Of a DNA stretch of 64,000 nt, positions 28,196 through 42,568 are shown one piece after another. The stretch's first letter is position 1; every line of letters starts with the position of its first letter. Origin of the DNA: Eledone cirrhosa (taxonomy: Eukaryota); assembly GCA_964016885.1 (NCBI GenBank), contig OZ024741.1:97154001-97218000 (forward strand). Direction: 5' to 3'. The notes under the pieces were generated by a model. It did not search any database, was not told the DNA's origin, and was given only the letters and a program-made list of their open reading frames with translations. Position numbers and translations under genes: made by a program.

Positions 28196-28995
28196 GAGCG
28201 GAGCAAGTAATTATCAAACAATCTTTTACATAAATTAAAAAACGATTTAAATATTCACCCGTTCTATTGCTGTTACCGACAGTTTCACTAATCAAAAGAT
28301 TGGAAATCCAGAGAATTTTCAATCCAATCTTTTGATTAGTGAAACCGTCGGTAACAGCAAGAGAACAGGTGAATATTTAAATCGTTTTTTAATGTATTTA
28401 AAAGATTGTTTGATAATTGCTTGCTCCGTTCATGTTTATAGTTCTGGTATCTCAAATTAGTACCATCGAACCACAACAATTATAAACACCATGCATATTT
28501 CTGTGGGTACCCAGTGTCTGTTGGAATATCTATATCCTTTTTTAATTTTTCTCTTTATGTAGAGAACAAAACTTTGCATCGTGCCGTTATTTTTAGCGGC
28601 ATGATCAGCAAGTGTATAATAACTCGCTTTTACTTGTGGCCTAATTTTGCGTGTGTGTCACTTCAGCGGCTTGACCGCATGCGTCGGGCAGTAAGCGAAA
28701 TATTGACTAACTATGAGGTTTGCACCCTTATGGTAGGGAAATAGCTGTCTGAAGATCTAATTCTTTCCATTGGAAATTCTCTGGATTTCCAATCTTTTGA
28801 TTAGTGAAACTGTCGGTAAAAGCAATAGAACAGATGAATATTTAAATCGTATTTTAATTTATTTAAAAGATTGTTTGATAATTGCTTGCTCGGCTCATTT
28901 TTATAGTTCTGGTATCTCAAATTAGTACCATCGAACTACAACAAGTATAACACTATGCATATTTCTGTGGTTACCTAGTGCCTGTTGGAATATCA
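28188..28995. mobile_element. Non-coding Penelope-like element with inverted and direct pseudo-LTR copies
   Basis: 28188-28323 is the reverse complement of about 28770-28905. 28324-28530 is a direct repeat of about 28790-28995. Hammerhead-like motif at 28745-28828. (TA)n on both sides. Confidence 0.75.
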
Positions 28996-29001
28996 TTTAC
29001 C

Positions 29002-29073
<72 letters not shown>

Positions 29074-29145
29074 TACACACACGCATATATATATATATCA
29101 TATATCATATATTTATATATATCTATATCTATATATCTATCTATC

Positions 29146-29180
<35 letters not shown>

Positions 29181-29838
29181 GCTAAGAATTAATGATAGAG
29201 ACACAGATACACAGACGCACCATACACAAACAGACGTGGTATTGTGATTTCGTGAATTTATATAAAAATATATATACACTTGTGATCTAAGATGTTAACT
29301 AACCTGCACCTTTTTATACAACACTCCAATCAGTAAACGATGATGCATTTAGTTTCAATCACTCAGTGTCATGAGTGTCTATCCAAATGCGATGTGTATG
29401 TGCCTGACGGAGTGTATGTACATTAATGATAAATGTGAAGGCCAGATGTAAATATTGATAATATTTAGATGATAATGTACCATAATAGATCTGTGACGTT
29501 TATGATTAAGTAATACTGTAATGAGACTCTATGAAATGGTAGAGTTTCATAGAAGGAGCATCGAATTCGTCCGCCCCATTATTAATAGCCTGCATTCCAT
29601 TAGAAATTTTACATAATAACATTAATAATCAGGATGCTGTATGATGAAATTGTGTTGGTGTTTGCTAGATGGCAACATTACATTATTATCTTCACATTAC
29701 ACACACACACACACACATATATATAAATAAGTATATATATAAATATGTATGTATATATGTATATATATATCTATATATCTATATCTATATCTATATATAT
29801 ATAGAGAGAGAATATGCAATATATATATATATATATAT

Positions 29839-31390
29839 AAGTGGTTACACAACAGTTAGTTCACCATACATATTGTTCAGCTTAGCGGATCCTCAGCTCG
29901 TAATGGACATGGTTATACGGAAGAGGAAGGACAACAGTACGAACGCGCATGCGTAGAAACCGTCACTTCACGCAGGCAATACTAAACACCGTGCTAGAGG
30001 TGTAAGGGAGATAACTGCGAAAGTCTGAAGAGTTTCTAGTTGATAAGAAAATTAGGATGTTGTTGTGATTCAATCCGGAGCTTTGCAGTTATGTAAGAGG
30101 TGTTTCTAGACGTGTGGACAACGTGTGAAGAATTCAATACTCGTTTTTAGGCAATCACTATTGCATAATCTCTTTAGAATATTTATTCATTCATCAATAC
30201 ATAGTCCACACGATGGATTTACGCTTGCGTATGGCTTGGACCGTTTTTAGAAACTTCGTCAATAATATCAGTATTAGAATGCCAAACCACTCCTCTAATA
30301 AGGCTATCTTTGACAGGGCCGCACCCTACTATAACACGGCATTAGCTAACAACGGCTTCTCGCAACCTATCACTTACTCTCCCACTATCAACAACAGCAA
30401 TAAGAAAAGAAAGCGTAACAATAGACAAAATATCTGGTTCTCTCCTCCCTTCTCACTCAACGTTAAAACCAATGAAGACAAAAAATATCCAGCCCTCTTA
30501 GACAGACACTTTCCCATAGGTCATAAATACCGCTCCATCTTTAACCGACACAAAGTAAAACTAGGATAGTCCTGCGCTAAGAACATGAAGACCCACATCA
30601 CCAACAGCCCTAAGAGCACGACCCCACCAGGGTGCTCTTGCCGTAAGTGCGAAGCTTGTCCTCTTCAACAGCAATGCAACACACCCGCTATAATTTATGA
30701 TGCTGTGGTCACTTCCAACCGACCAATTCAACCACAGGAGTTCAAATCCTATGTGGGTATGGCGGAGAGCCGATTTAAGGAACGCTTCCTGAACCACCCC
30801 AGTCGACCTTTAGGTACCCGTACAGACGTTCATCCACGAAACTAGCAAGCCACGTATGGTCCCTCGGGGACTCAAGTATAGACTACTCCATTCAATGGAA
30901 AGCCATCACTAAGTCCAAGCCGTACGCAAGGGGCAATCCGTCGTGTGAACTATGTATTGATGAACGAATAAATATTCTAAATAGATTATGCAATAGTGAT
31001 TGCCTAAACACGAGAAATGAGTTCTTCACACGTTGTCGACACGTCTCGTAACACCTCTTACATAACTACAAAGCTCCGGATTGAATCACAACAACATCCT
31101 AATTTTCTTATCAACTAGAAACTTTTGTGACTTTCTCAGTTATCTCCCTTACACCTCTCGCACGCGTTTTAGTAATTCCTGCGTAAAGCGACGGTTTCTG
31201 TGCATGCGCGTTCGTACGGTTGTCCTTCCTGTTCCGTATAACCATGTCCATTAAGAGCTGAGGATCCGCTAAGGGGAAACAATTGTTCTCGGTATGGTGA
31301 ACTAACTGTTGTGTAACCACTTCTACCTAACTCGTCCCATGGACTGAGTTCTCTACCCCTGCGGATATTACCTTCCAGTGTTCTACCACT
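29839..31390 (+). mobile_element. 5'-truncated Penelope-like element (GIY-YIG) with inverted 3' copy
   Basis: 30242-31070 encodes IFDRAAPYYNTAL..IWFSPPFS..FNRHKVKL..CSCRKCEACPL..IIYDA..YVGMAESRFKERF..CELC..RCRH. 29839-30241 is the reverse complement of 30913-31322. Confidence 0.92.
31255..31290 (+). ncRNA. Minimal type I hammerhead ribozyme in the PLE 3' end
   Basis: GAG-CUGAGGA-UCC-GCUAA-GGG-GAAA-CAAUUG-UU-CUC; palindromic stem III ACAAUUGU. Confidence 0.8.
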
Positions 31391-31398
31391 ATATATAT

Positions 31399-31435
<37 letters not shown>

Positions 31436-31513
31436 CATGAAATTTAAGTGAAAAAACTCTATTTATGCGAGTATAAGCCAGACAGTAAGGTAGTCTCACT
31501 CATATAATTATCG

Positions 31514-31608
31514 CCCGACCATGGTTTCGAAGGCAGAAGAAAAAACAGAGGTTATTACAAATTACTGTAATAACTTATACGGGAAGAACCCGTGATAATC
31601 TTCAGGGA
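31514..31608 (-). ncRNA. Type I hammerhead-like motif with a large stem II insertion
   Basis: Minus strand UCC-CUGAAGA-[~70 nt containing two hairpins]-C-GAAA-CCAUGG-UC-GGG. Confidence 0.6.
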
Positions 31609-31763
31609 AGGTAATGTTCAGACTAAGAGGGCATATTGATAATAGATTATATATACGGTATCATTGTTGAAACCGAATGCTGTGCAAATCACGTTGTATT
31701 GTTGGACTATTACATGATCAAATCTCTTTTAAAGTATTATGACTATGCGACAGGCTTATAATA

Positions 31764-32098
31764 TCGCTAGAAATAGCAGCCAAAAATTCGTCTGAAACAA
31801 CTCAACAACGTAAGGAGTAGTTGATACTGATTAAAGGTTTATTAGTCTCTACTACTTAAAGATCTGAATAATTGGATAAAATATATAGATAAGATATCCT
31901 CCAGTAAAGCAATATTACATATGATAATAATTGTTTCTAAATTCTAATATTGCTTCTCTGAGTGATATTTTATCTATATATTTTATTCATTCATTGAGAT
32001 GTTTAAGTATTAGAGACTGATGACCTTTTAATTAATATTAACTACTCCTTAATTTGTTGATTGGTTTCAGACGTATATTTGGCTGCTATTTCTAGCGA
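31764..32098. mobile_element. MITE-like fold-back element
   Basis: Terminal inverted repeat TCGCTAGAAATAGCAGCCAAA / TTTGGCTGCTATTTCTAGCGA; degenerate complementarity over nearly the whole length. Confidence 0.75.
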
Positions 32099-33544
32099 CA
32101 TAATTAATGTATATTCACTTTTGCTCATCGCAGTCTTTGACAGCATTTGTCTGTTTAATCGGCTGTTCTAGCGATGAGTTTTTCATCTTTATATGTATAC
32201 AAATACTTTCTCGCTGTGTCTCAATCGATGGCAACAATGTTTTCTCACGAAACATTATATTTTCCTTTGTAGTATTTCAGTGAAGCAACATTTCTTTATT
32301 CTAAAGAGATAATGGTCTTCCAATAATTTGGCGTCATAAACGTCAATGTTACAAGTCCCCCCCCCCTCCCTTCGAAAGAATGTGTTTGATGCTGTTACCA
32401 CATTTGTATTTTGTGAAGCGAATAATCTGATATCCTAAATAACCGTAAGAATCATTTAGGATTTAACATATGAGCAAATGTTTCTTGGAGACGCTTAAAT
32501 CTAGCTCTCTTAATGATTTCGGCAATAAGATTGATTGATGTTCCTCAATATTCAACCGGGACATTATAAAGTTACTTCGCAATATCACATTCACTATATG
32601 CAATTACATTCAAAACAGTTCAAAATTGTTCTGAAATTATCTATGCGATATATTATAATACATTCATTATAAAATGTCTAGCATCTAAATTCTACATAAA
32701 AATGATCACTTGAAAGAATGATTACTTCAATCAACTATTATTATATCAGCTTACACTACATATGAATGTATTATTTATAATTCTACTGATAACTACAAAA
32801 ATCATACTATTATCATTGTTATGCCAGCAGAACCCTTTATTATGTGACCTCCTCTTCGCAAATTATTACTAAAACCTTCACTAGCCAGGGATGACGCACG
32901 CAAGCGATTCTTGAACTGCTAGAAATAATATCCAAACCCCTTTTAACTGCTACAACTATAATCTTCAATAAGGAATAAACTACTTCTATAAGCACTTCCA
33001 ATTATTATATAATCATGGCTAATAAATCTTTGATAAATACCATTTGTATTCGCTTAGGAATGTCCTTGAATTAAACAAAAAAAAACAAAAAAAAACAAAA
33101 ATGGTTACAAACATAACAGCAATTAAATCAATATCGATAAATAAAAGCTGTAATATAACAAAAGAAATGTTTTTTTTATGAATAACAGTATATTTCTAAT
33201 ATTTAAATTAATTTCGAATCCTGTGAATAAGGAACTTTTCATATGGTTTAATGGACACGACCAAAATCTTCGCAGGACCACCTGTCATATAGATCTATTT
33301 CGAATAGTCAGTTTCCATAGAGGCTGTTTGAATTTCCCCTTCTATTTAAGAGTAAGATTACCTAACGGTGAGTATGTACACCAGCCTGTTGGCTATTGTT
33401 GGGGACATCTTGAACCATAAATAAATAAATCGAAATAATCCAACTATAAATATAATCTGTCAAAGATTCAACTTGCAGATACGAAGAGTGAATAACTAAT
33501 CTACGTTGAATAACTAATCGAATTGCAGTTTTTTTGATCAAATT

Positions 33545-33730
33545 GCATGCAGCCCTTTACAAGCACATCTGCGGCCCGCACAAATGTTTTTACAGCGAGT
33601 GCATGTTTTATCTTCGTAATATAAAATTTAAAAAATTACTTGTAATGTGCGCAATTAGTTGTATGTCGCCCCCAGACAACACATATGTGACCCATGTGGC
33701 TCTCGGGGGACCCTCAGTTTGGCATGTCTG
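33545..33730. mobile_element. hAT/Charlie-type DNA transposon end
   Basis: Subterminal TGCGGCCCGC and ATGTGGCTCTCGG motifs; terminus AGTTTGGCATGTCTG followed by TTTTAGAT (NTCTAGAN-like target). Confidence 0.55.
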
Positions 33731-33989
33731 TTTTAGATTGTACCAAATTTAATTTCACGGATTGCATACATAGAGAGTTGGTCGTATAGAGCTGATTAAG
33801 AGTACCGTGATTATGCGTGCACTTATAGCATATTGTATGCTTTTGATGTCCAAGCAAAGAAGACATACAAGTGTTGGCTTGGAAATAACTGTTCTTTTTG
33901 CATTCACGGTAAAAGAAAGAGAGAAAAAGTCGTAGCGGGGGCGATAAAGGACTTTGGAGTTAAGTTTGAATTCAATTTTAGATCAGAAA

Positions 33990-35106
33990 ATAAATTATTT
34001 TGACAGACCATCCGCCAAATTCATAATAAGAATTCCCTCTCCACGCCTATCGGGATCTCGTCTACTCTTCTTATCTCTGAAAATAGTTCCACCCTCGCTA
34101 TGCGGAGATAATACTTTACTGACCTCCTAAATTCTGTCATATCTTCTAATGTAGATGAGTGCTTCTCGGGGCGAACACTAATCCTCCGAGGTCCGCAGAG
34201 CAATTGAAGCGCTCAAATGTGGCGAGGACATTCAACCCGAGATGTTAAAAGCCTTAAATATGAGAAGATATAGCCTGGCTGATTCGTGTGTGCCGGGTGG
34301 CTTGCATCTCTGGATAAGCAACAATGCAATGGCAAAAGATTGTGACAATCACACATTTTAGAAAGGTAATGATGAGAGATTGTTCATAGTCGAAACAATT
34401 TCAATTGGGAGTCATACTCAACTAATTGAACGTATTGTTAATTCGCCTGCTCATAATCGCCATAAACAGGATTGACATGAAGAACCATGTTGGAAGTGTT
34501 GTCAATATCAGCGAGTTTAGGATTTGTCGGTTGGAATTTGTGGACATGCTTTTACTCAATTGTCAGAAAGTTATATCCGGTAGGCACTGATTAAGTTTGT
34601 TGCGCGGTAGGAATGAAAACGAGTGGTGCAAATTAATTGTTTCTACTTTTAGCACAAGGCCAGCAATTACCCAGTACATTACTGGTACTTTATTTTATCG
34701 ACCCCGTAAGGATGAAAGGCAACGTTAACCTCGGCGGGATTTGAACTCAGAATGGCAAGGGCAGTAACTCTATGCGTCAAAGCATGGCGTCCAACTCTCT
34801 ACCGATACTGCCAATTCTGCAAATTAATGGCAACCATAAGGAAGCCTAAATGTAAACCAGAAGTATGAAAGTAGGACATCATCTGTAACTTCGTTTGGCC
34901 TCGCTTGGAGAGCCAGCAGAAGCAATTGGAGACGGTTGCTACTGATAGGGCAATTTGGAAGGTGTGTCTCAGGACTGAGCTCCCACGTCGAGACCAAGAA
35001 GAAGAAGAAGAAGAAGAAGAAGAAGAAGAAGAAGAAGAAGAAGAAGAAGAAGAAGAAGAAGAAGAAGAAGAAGAAGAAGAAGAAGAAGAAGAAGAAGAAG
35101 AAGAAG

Positions 35107-35135
<29 letters not shown>
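33990..35135 (+). mobile_element. Degenerate RTE (Expander/REX3-like) LINE with (GAA)n tail
   Basis: EDIQPEMLKAL..WLIRVCRVA..W.KIVTI..FRKG and a 3' end WPRLESQQKQLETVATDRAIW, followed by (GAA)n at 34996-35135. Confidence 0.7.
34635..34816 (-). mobile_element. SINE inserted in the RTE relic
   Basis: Same A and B boxes, core and tail. Confidence 0.9.
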
Positions 35136-35137
<2 letters not shown>

Positions 35138-35732
35138 TTTTACACATCGAGTTAGATGAGCATTGTAAGCATTTAGAAAACAGCCTCGATTACGAAATTT
35201 GTATGAAGCACAAAATAATAATACGATTATTTGTGAATCGTAATTTCTCTTTGGGAAATTATTATGAATGCAACAGGCTATGAATAAATATTGACATTAA
35301 ATGAAATTGTACAATTTTATAGTGGATTAATTCGAGATCTCTTCACTTCCCGCAAAAGATTCCACATACAACTCAGGCAATTGAACGTAATTAAACAACT
35401 CTTTTTTCTATCAATTAGCTAGCCGTTATGTAATTAAACGTTCTTTAATTAATGTTTGCTTAATCTCCGCAAAGTTTATATTTCTGGTAGAATTAGAGAT
35501 CATTAGAAAATATGTCGTTACTTTCAGTGACAACGAACACATAACCAATATTCATATACACAGAAAAACCGAAGCAAATAAAAAATACCGAGCCCGTATA
35601 TTAATTCACATACACGCACACACACAAGCACACACACACACACACGCACACAGACAAACACACACATATATATATATTTAGTGTGTATGAAAATATCTAT
35701 AAATCTATGCATTAGTCTCCATCTCCCACTCT

Positions 35733-35776
<44 letters not shown>

Positions 35777-35783
<7 letters not shown>

Positions 35784-36403
35784 TAAAACATGTCTATAGA
35801 ATCACCAGATAAAATATATACCATTTCCTCTCCCAATTAGCATAATTAACTATATAAAAAATCAAATCGAATAAACCAGGCTATAAGAATAAGGCTTCTA
35901 TGAAGAAATCTCCAACAAATAACCGAAACTAGCCCTTCGCGTCGGCTGCGACGGAATATTTATCGAAGATTTCGACAGCGTAATCGCCCAATATACAGTC
36001 AATTAAACAGAATTAGGTGCAAAATAAACTAGGAGAAAAGAGAATACATTTATTTACCTCTACCATGGTTTCGTCCGCATTTTGAGATTTCCAATAACTT
36101 CGGAAACTCAAGCATCGGACTCTTCAGGAGTTTGCTCTAATCCAGACAATAAATTTTCCAAAGTGATCGCGCCAAGAATACATTCAAAAATGGCTAACAA
36201 TCGTGACGTAGCAGCGGTCAGGTTGGAAGGAGTGTGGTAGTTGTGTAGGCATTTTACACCTAATTCTGTTTAATTGACTGTATATCTGGGCGATTACGCT
36301 GTCGAAATATTCGATAAATATTCCGAAATATTCGATAAATAATTGGGAGAGGAAATGGTATATATTTTATCTGATGATTCTATAGACATGTTTTATGATA
36401 TAT
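35777..36403. mobile_element. Non-coding fold-back element with internal hammerhead
   Basis: Inverted arms 35777-35839/36340-36403 and 35952-36025/36251-36325. Confidence 0.8.
36058..36130 (-). ncRNA. Type I hammerhead ribozyme, canonical core, long stem II
   Basis: Minus strand CUC-CUGAAGA-GUCCG..UUGAG-UUUCC-loop-GGAAA-UCUCAA..CGGAC-GAAA-CCAUGG-UA-GAG, then AAUAAA. Confidence 0.85.
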
Positions 36404-36501
36404 AGCTCTGATTATTTAATTTATTAACTTTTCATTGAGCCAGAAAGTGACCCGTTGCAAAACACGTATATGTATATATGTATATATATATGTATGTAAA
36501 C

Positions 36502-36557
<56 letters not shown>

Positions 36558-36787
36558 GAAAAATTTGAACAGGGACAAAACAGAGAGGCAGTACAAAAAA
36601 AAACAAAAACAGCTGGTGATTAGTGTTTCTATGCCTAACGTAAGATTTTGATATGACAGATAAGTGTCTTTGTCAACAAAAACTATGCAATAAATAGTTC
36701 ACTGAAATTGCAACGAATCCAACGTATTAAGATACATACAAAACCACCATCTACTTTCAAAGCCAAATAACATCATATATTAATGTA

Positions 36788-36836
<49 letters not shown>

Positions 36837-36927
36837 GTGTGTATTGTGTGAGTGAGTTTATGTGTGTGAGAGTGTATGTATGTTCATATAAATGGGGGAA
36901 TACATGCATATGAATAAACCTGTATCT

Positions 36928-36993
<66 letters not shown>

Positions 36994-37342
36994 TTGTGTG
37001 AATGCGCGCTAGAATTGGATAATGCCCAAAAGATAAGTACCATTCCATGCTATATATTTTATTTAGCAGCAACACAGAGTTATACGTTGACTATACATTT
37101 GACTAAACCTGTGTTTTCTTGCTTTCAATCTTGTTTTGCAACATCAGCAAAATTCTTTCTCTTTTCGAGAAACGAGAATTTCAATAATCGCATTAATATC
37201 AGCAAAATATCGTTGTATACTTTATTAATATTACGCAGCTTTAGGTATTTTCAGGCACACACACAGACAGGCACACAATCCCTAACGCTCACACATGCAC
37301 AAATATAACACGTAAACATACACACTCACTCAAACATATAAT

Positions 37343-38150
<808 letters not shown>

Positions 38151-38699
38151 ACACACATATATAGATATATATGAATATATATAAATTTATAGGTGTGTGA
38201 GAGAAATAGAGGGAGAGAGAGGGAGAGATATCAAGGAAGAGAAAGATAGAATAAGGGCGGGAGAGTGAGAGAGAGGGTTCGGAAATATGTGTGTGTACAC
38301 TAAACTAAAATGAAAATGTCCAATCTATTTGTTTCAAAGGAGATAAACTATATTTCAAACCAGTAAGATATTATGATTTACTACCCACGAGTTTGTTATT
38401 AAAACATCTGCGTGGGTATTGCGATGTATGTATGAGCGTTTATGAGGGTATATTTCTATATGTGCGATTATCTGTGGGTTTAACAATAGCTGGTAAATAT
38501 TTTATGTGTGTACATATTGCTTTATGAGTTAATGATATTGTTAATTGTACCGTAAAGTAAGATACAAATATCACTTAGCCATATTTATACTGTTACAAAT
38601 GATTGAAGAGATTATATTTTCTGTGCGAGTTTATGCCTACATTTAACCAACAATAGAAAATTAATGGAAACAGGTAACAGACTTACTTCATTATTTGGA

Positions 38700-40385
38700 A
38701 GGCTAGTGAACGTTTATGGCCCGACATCTGCAAGACGGTCTGATCTTTTCTTGCGCCTGGAGATCTTTCTAGGAAAGTGCCGCCCTTTTGTGTTAGTGGT
38801 CAACTGGAACGGTATCTTAGACGTACGCTGCGATTGTGTGGGACTAGCAAATATAGGAGGAGGGTTTCAAAACCTCACTAAACCTCTCAGCCACTCCCAA
38901 CTGTTTAACAGGTATCGACTGAATTTTTCGAATGTGCCTATGTGGACATACAGAAACAGCATCGGGTTATCCAAATCGTATCTAGATAGGATATTCTATG
39001 GGGAAGTAGATAGAGCTAGTATAGGTTGTGCACAATTGAAAGTAGTCAACTACACAGACCAAATATTTCCTACCTGTTCAGTCAACTTACAGAGGGCCTC
39101 ATTAACAAGAGGCTGAACGCGTCCTTTCAAGCGCGGACATTCTACAGAGACCGCATTAGTGAAATAGTTAGAAGGCTGATGACGAGGGCGATCGTCAACA
39201 AAGTATCGTGTTTGGTCCTAGAAGAAACGATTAGAATAGAATTAATAAGGCTAAGGCAGATATCCCTTGCATATGGCTGTAGAACAGTAAATCCCCAGGT
39301 CTGTGAGCCGAGGAGGGATCCAATTTCTGAGAAAGGATCCGGACAAGGTGGACTATATTCATAATTTGAGGCCTATAACTCTGCTAAATGCAGAGTTAAA
39401 AATGTTGTCCAGTTTTTTAGCGAAGGCATTGACGCTTGACGTCAATGTTCTGGAAAGTGATGTAACAATATGCACCTTCACAAACAGATCCATACACAGA
39501 ACTCTCCACCTGATGCAATACACCATAGTGAATGTGGCTAAATAACAAGGCAAGGGTGGGGGGGAGGTCTGATTAATGTAGATAAATCGGAAGCATTTGA
39601 TAATGTTGAGATCCGATACCAGGCGACCGTCATCAAGGCTGCCGGCTTCGGAAACGTTTTCAGAAGATGGATCGCTGCAATGTATAGTGACATTTGCTCT
39701 CTAGTCTGAGTGAACTTTCACCTCTCGGAATAGTTCAACATCATCCGTTCATTCCGCAAAATGTGTTCCGACTCGTCCGACTACTACACACATCGACACC
39801 AATCTTAAGGAATACGAAGCGGTAACAGGAGCGTAAATTAACAAGGAAACATCGTTGGGCCTTGAGCTTCGTACCATGTTAGAGAGGCCGATGCCATCTA
39901 ACAGCAACGCCTGTCGTTGGACGGATGGATCAGTTACATTGCTGGGACTGGCCAGAAGGCCTCTTTTATCCAAAAATGAGCCATGATGAAGCTATTCCTG
40001 AAGGTCGAGCAAAAGCAGCGAACTTATGATTGGCGACCGTTATCTACTACTCCCTGATCTGCGTGCCTTATCCCTGGCTGGATTTCACTGCACATGAACA
40101 TTTAATCTTTAATGTTGTGTGGAAGGAATACGTACCAATGGTCAGGTCCTCCGTTTACTGCCAATATCCACTGCAGGAAGCATTCAACACAACATATCAT
40201 GTTTGACAATGCACAAACATACTCTGAGGCTACCGCGTGTCCATCTTTTTCTTCTTCATGAACAGGTGTAGTCATTCTTCGCCAGGCATGGTATCCCTCA
40301 ACACATTGATGAAGCTGCAGTTCGTTGTCTTAGGAAGACCGAGCAGAGCGTTTGGAAAATAGAATGTCTTCAAACACTCACAACC
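38700..40385 (+). mobile_element. Degenerate Tx1 ORF2 relic with internal deletions
   Basis: RLVNVYGPT..VNWNGILD..SYLDRIF..YTD, LRKDPDKVDYIHNLRPITLLN, EYEAVTGA; colinear with 4550-6990. Confidence 0.88.
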
Positions 40386-40611
40386 GTATGTATGTATGTA
40401 TGTATGTTGATCTTATCTTCTTTTCGGGTTATAGCTACTGTCGCTCAGTGAGTGGGATTGGCTCAGTGCACAGTCTTTCCTCACTTTAAACAAATCTTTA
40501 CGCACAGGCATTGCGTGATAGAATTAATTAATAATTATTAATAATGGTATAACGCGCAATCGCCATACTCGATAAAGAGGGGGCAGCCATCATGTATGTG
40601 TGTATGCAAGA

Positions 40612-40760
40612 ATGAGCGGTGAATTGACAGAATCATTCGAACGTCGACTAGAATGCTTCGGAGTATCCGTTATGTCTTTTTGCGCTCTAAGTTTAAATCC
40701 TGCCAACATCAACGTCGCCTTTCATTTTTTCATTTTTCACTAGAAAAAGTACCAGTCTAG
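40612..40760 (+). mobile_element. Highly degenerate SINE copy
   Basis: AGTTTAAATCCTGCC..GCCTTTCAT..AAAGTACCAGT. Confidence 0.55.
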
Positions 40761-41983
40761 CTCTGTTGTCGTTCCCTCCTTTATTCCGCTTTTGCACTGC
40801 TCTTTCTCTGGAAGAAGTCGGTTGTGATCTGTCGAAGAGAGGAGATAAGCCCTGTCAGGTTTAAAAATTCCAGAGAAATGCTGTATGTTACTCTGTACCC
40901 AAACGACTCCATCAGGAGTTACGGGTACATACTCACATCCACGTTTGCAGGCAAGGGTCTATATGCATATAACTATGTACTTATGCATCAACGTTTTCTC
41001 CTAAACATTTCTCCCATAATGTCTTTCCTGTTATACCTCTCTGTGTTTATTTGAATTTATGCAGTTAGGTATATCAATCTATCCCTCAATAAATCTGTGT
41101 TTGCGTTCGTGTCTATGTGTAAGTATGTGTGCCTGTTTCTGAGAGTGTATGGACATTAGTGTGCGTTTGTGTGCTTCTTTGTGTTTCTACAAATCTATAT
41201 ATCATCTTGCATACAAGGCTGCATATCTATACATATTCACTTACATTTTCATAATTGCTTTACTCTGTATCCATGTAATGCTCAATTTATCAAATTCCGA
41301 TTAATCTATCCATCGATTATCATTCAATATTCCTTGCTTTCGATCCTTCCCACTTGCGTTATTTCGTTTAAGTTTCTCACACCGAATCTCTCTTTTTCCA
41401 TCTATTTCCTTATTCGGTTTTATGTCTACCTTTCTTACATTATTTTTTCATCCTACCTGCTTTCTTTCGCATGATATACGTTTGTCGTTTTCGGAAATAT
41501 TGTACGCATGATATACATTCTCATCCTGAGAAATGTTTCTACTGCATTTGCTTCGCATATTCCAATATTCTGTTTTTACATTATTTCAGCTTACTTTTTG
41601 TCATCATTGGTATCTTATGATATGTATTGTCTTTCCAAAACATACACCTCATTTCTGATTTTCTTTTAAAATAATTTTTATGATAAAATTTAAATAATAT
41701 AAGATGCTGTGAATAAAATAAAATTAAACGCTTATTCAGGTCCTTCCTTTTTTTCACCAAAATGTATTGATAAACTTTGACTGAAAAGATAACTATTTAC
41801 ATATAGTCACGCATGCCTTAAGCTTTTTGTTGATGCCAACGTTCTTACATAAATTTGCATATGACATCTAATAGATATATTTATAGCTATCTATTAATAT
41901 ATACGTATTATAAAATATGTGGCAATTCATCGCAAGACTGCTATCATCTTCTCTATGTATATGCACACACACACAACACACAT

Positions 41984-42028
<45 letters not shown>

Positions 42029-42162
42029 TAAAATATGTTGAAAAGGTAACACACCAGAGATAGATACAGTGCGCCATCAATAAAACAGGGAAAAACCACC
42101 TGTGAAAGGCAAAATATATATTAAAGCATAAATATATATTAAAGCATAAATAAATACCTCTA

Positions 42163-42245
42163 TAACACACGTACAAATCCAAAGTGATCTGTTTCGCCAT
42201 TGAGTTGACCCAAATGGAATAACCCAGGTTCATCAGCGTGTGTTA
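42163..42245 (-). ncRNA. Type I hammerhead ribozyme (inverted twin)
   Basis: Reverse complement of 42486-42568 with the core intact. Confidence 0.82.
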
Positions 42246-42485
42246 GGCTATACATTTCAGACAACACTAAGAGAATTTTTAAAGCGGCCGTCCAACTACA
42301 CATGGGGAGAGAAGACACAGCGTGTTTAAGGGCAGTGAACCAGTGGCCTCTGAGGGACGAGCTGCTAGAAAGGGCAGCCCAAAACCATAAAAATGATTTT
42401 AAAAGAAAATCAGAAATGTAGTATATGTTTTGGAAAGACAATACATATCGTAAGATACCAATGATGTTGTCTGAAATGTATAGCC

Positions 42486-42568
42486 TAACACACGCTGATG
42501 AACCTGGGTTATTCCATTTGGGTCAACTCCCTGGCGAAACAGATCACTTTGGATTTGTACGTGTGTTA
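42486..42568 (+). ncRNA. Type I hammerhead ribozyme, 9 bp stem I, stable stem III
   Basis: UAACACACG-CUGAUGA-ACC...GGC-GAAA-CAGAUC-acuuug-GAUUUG-UA-CGUGUGUUA; GUA cleavage triplet; A10.1-C11.1 mismatch. Confidence 0.85.
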
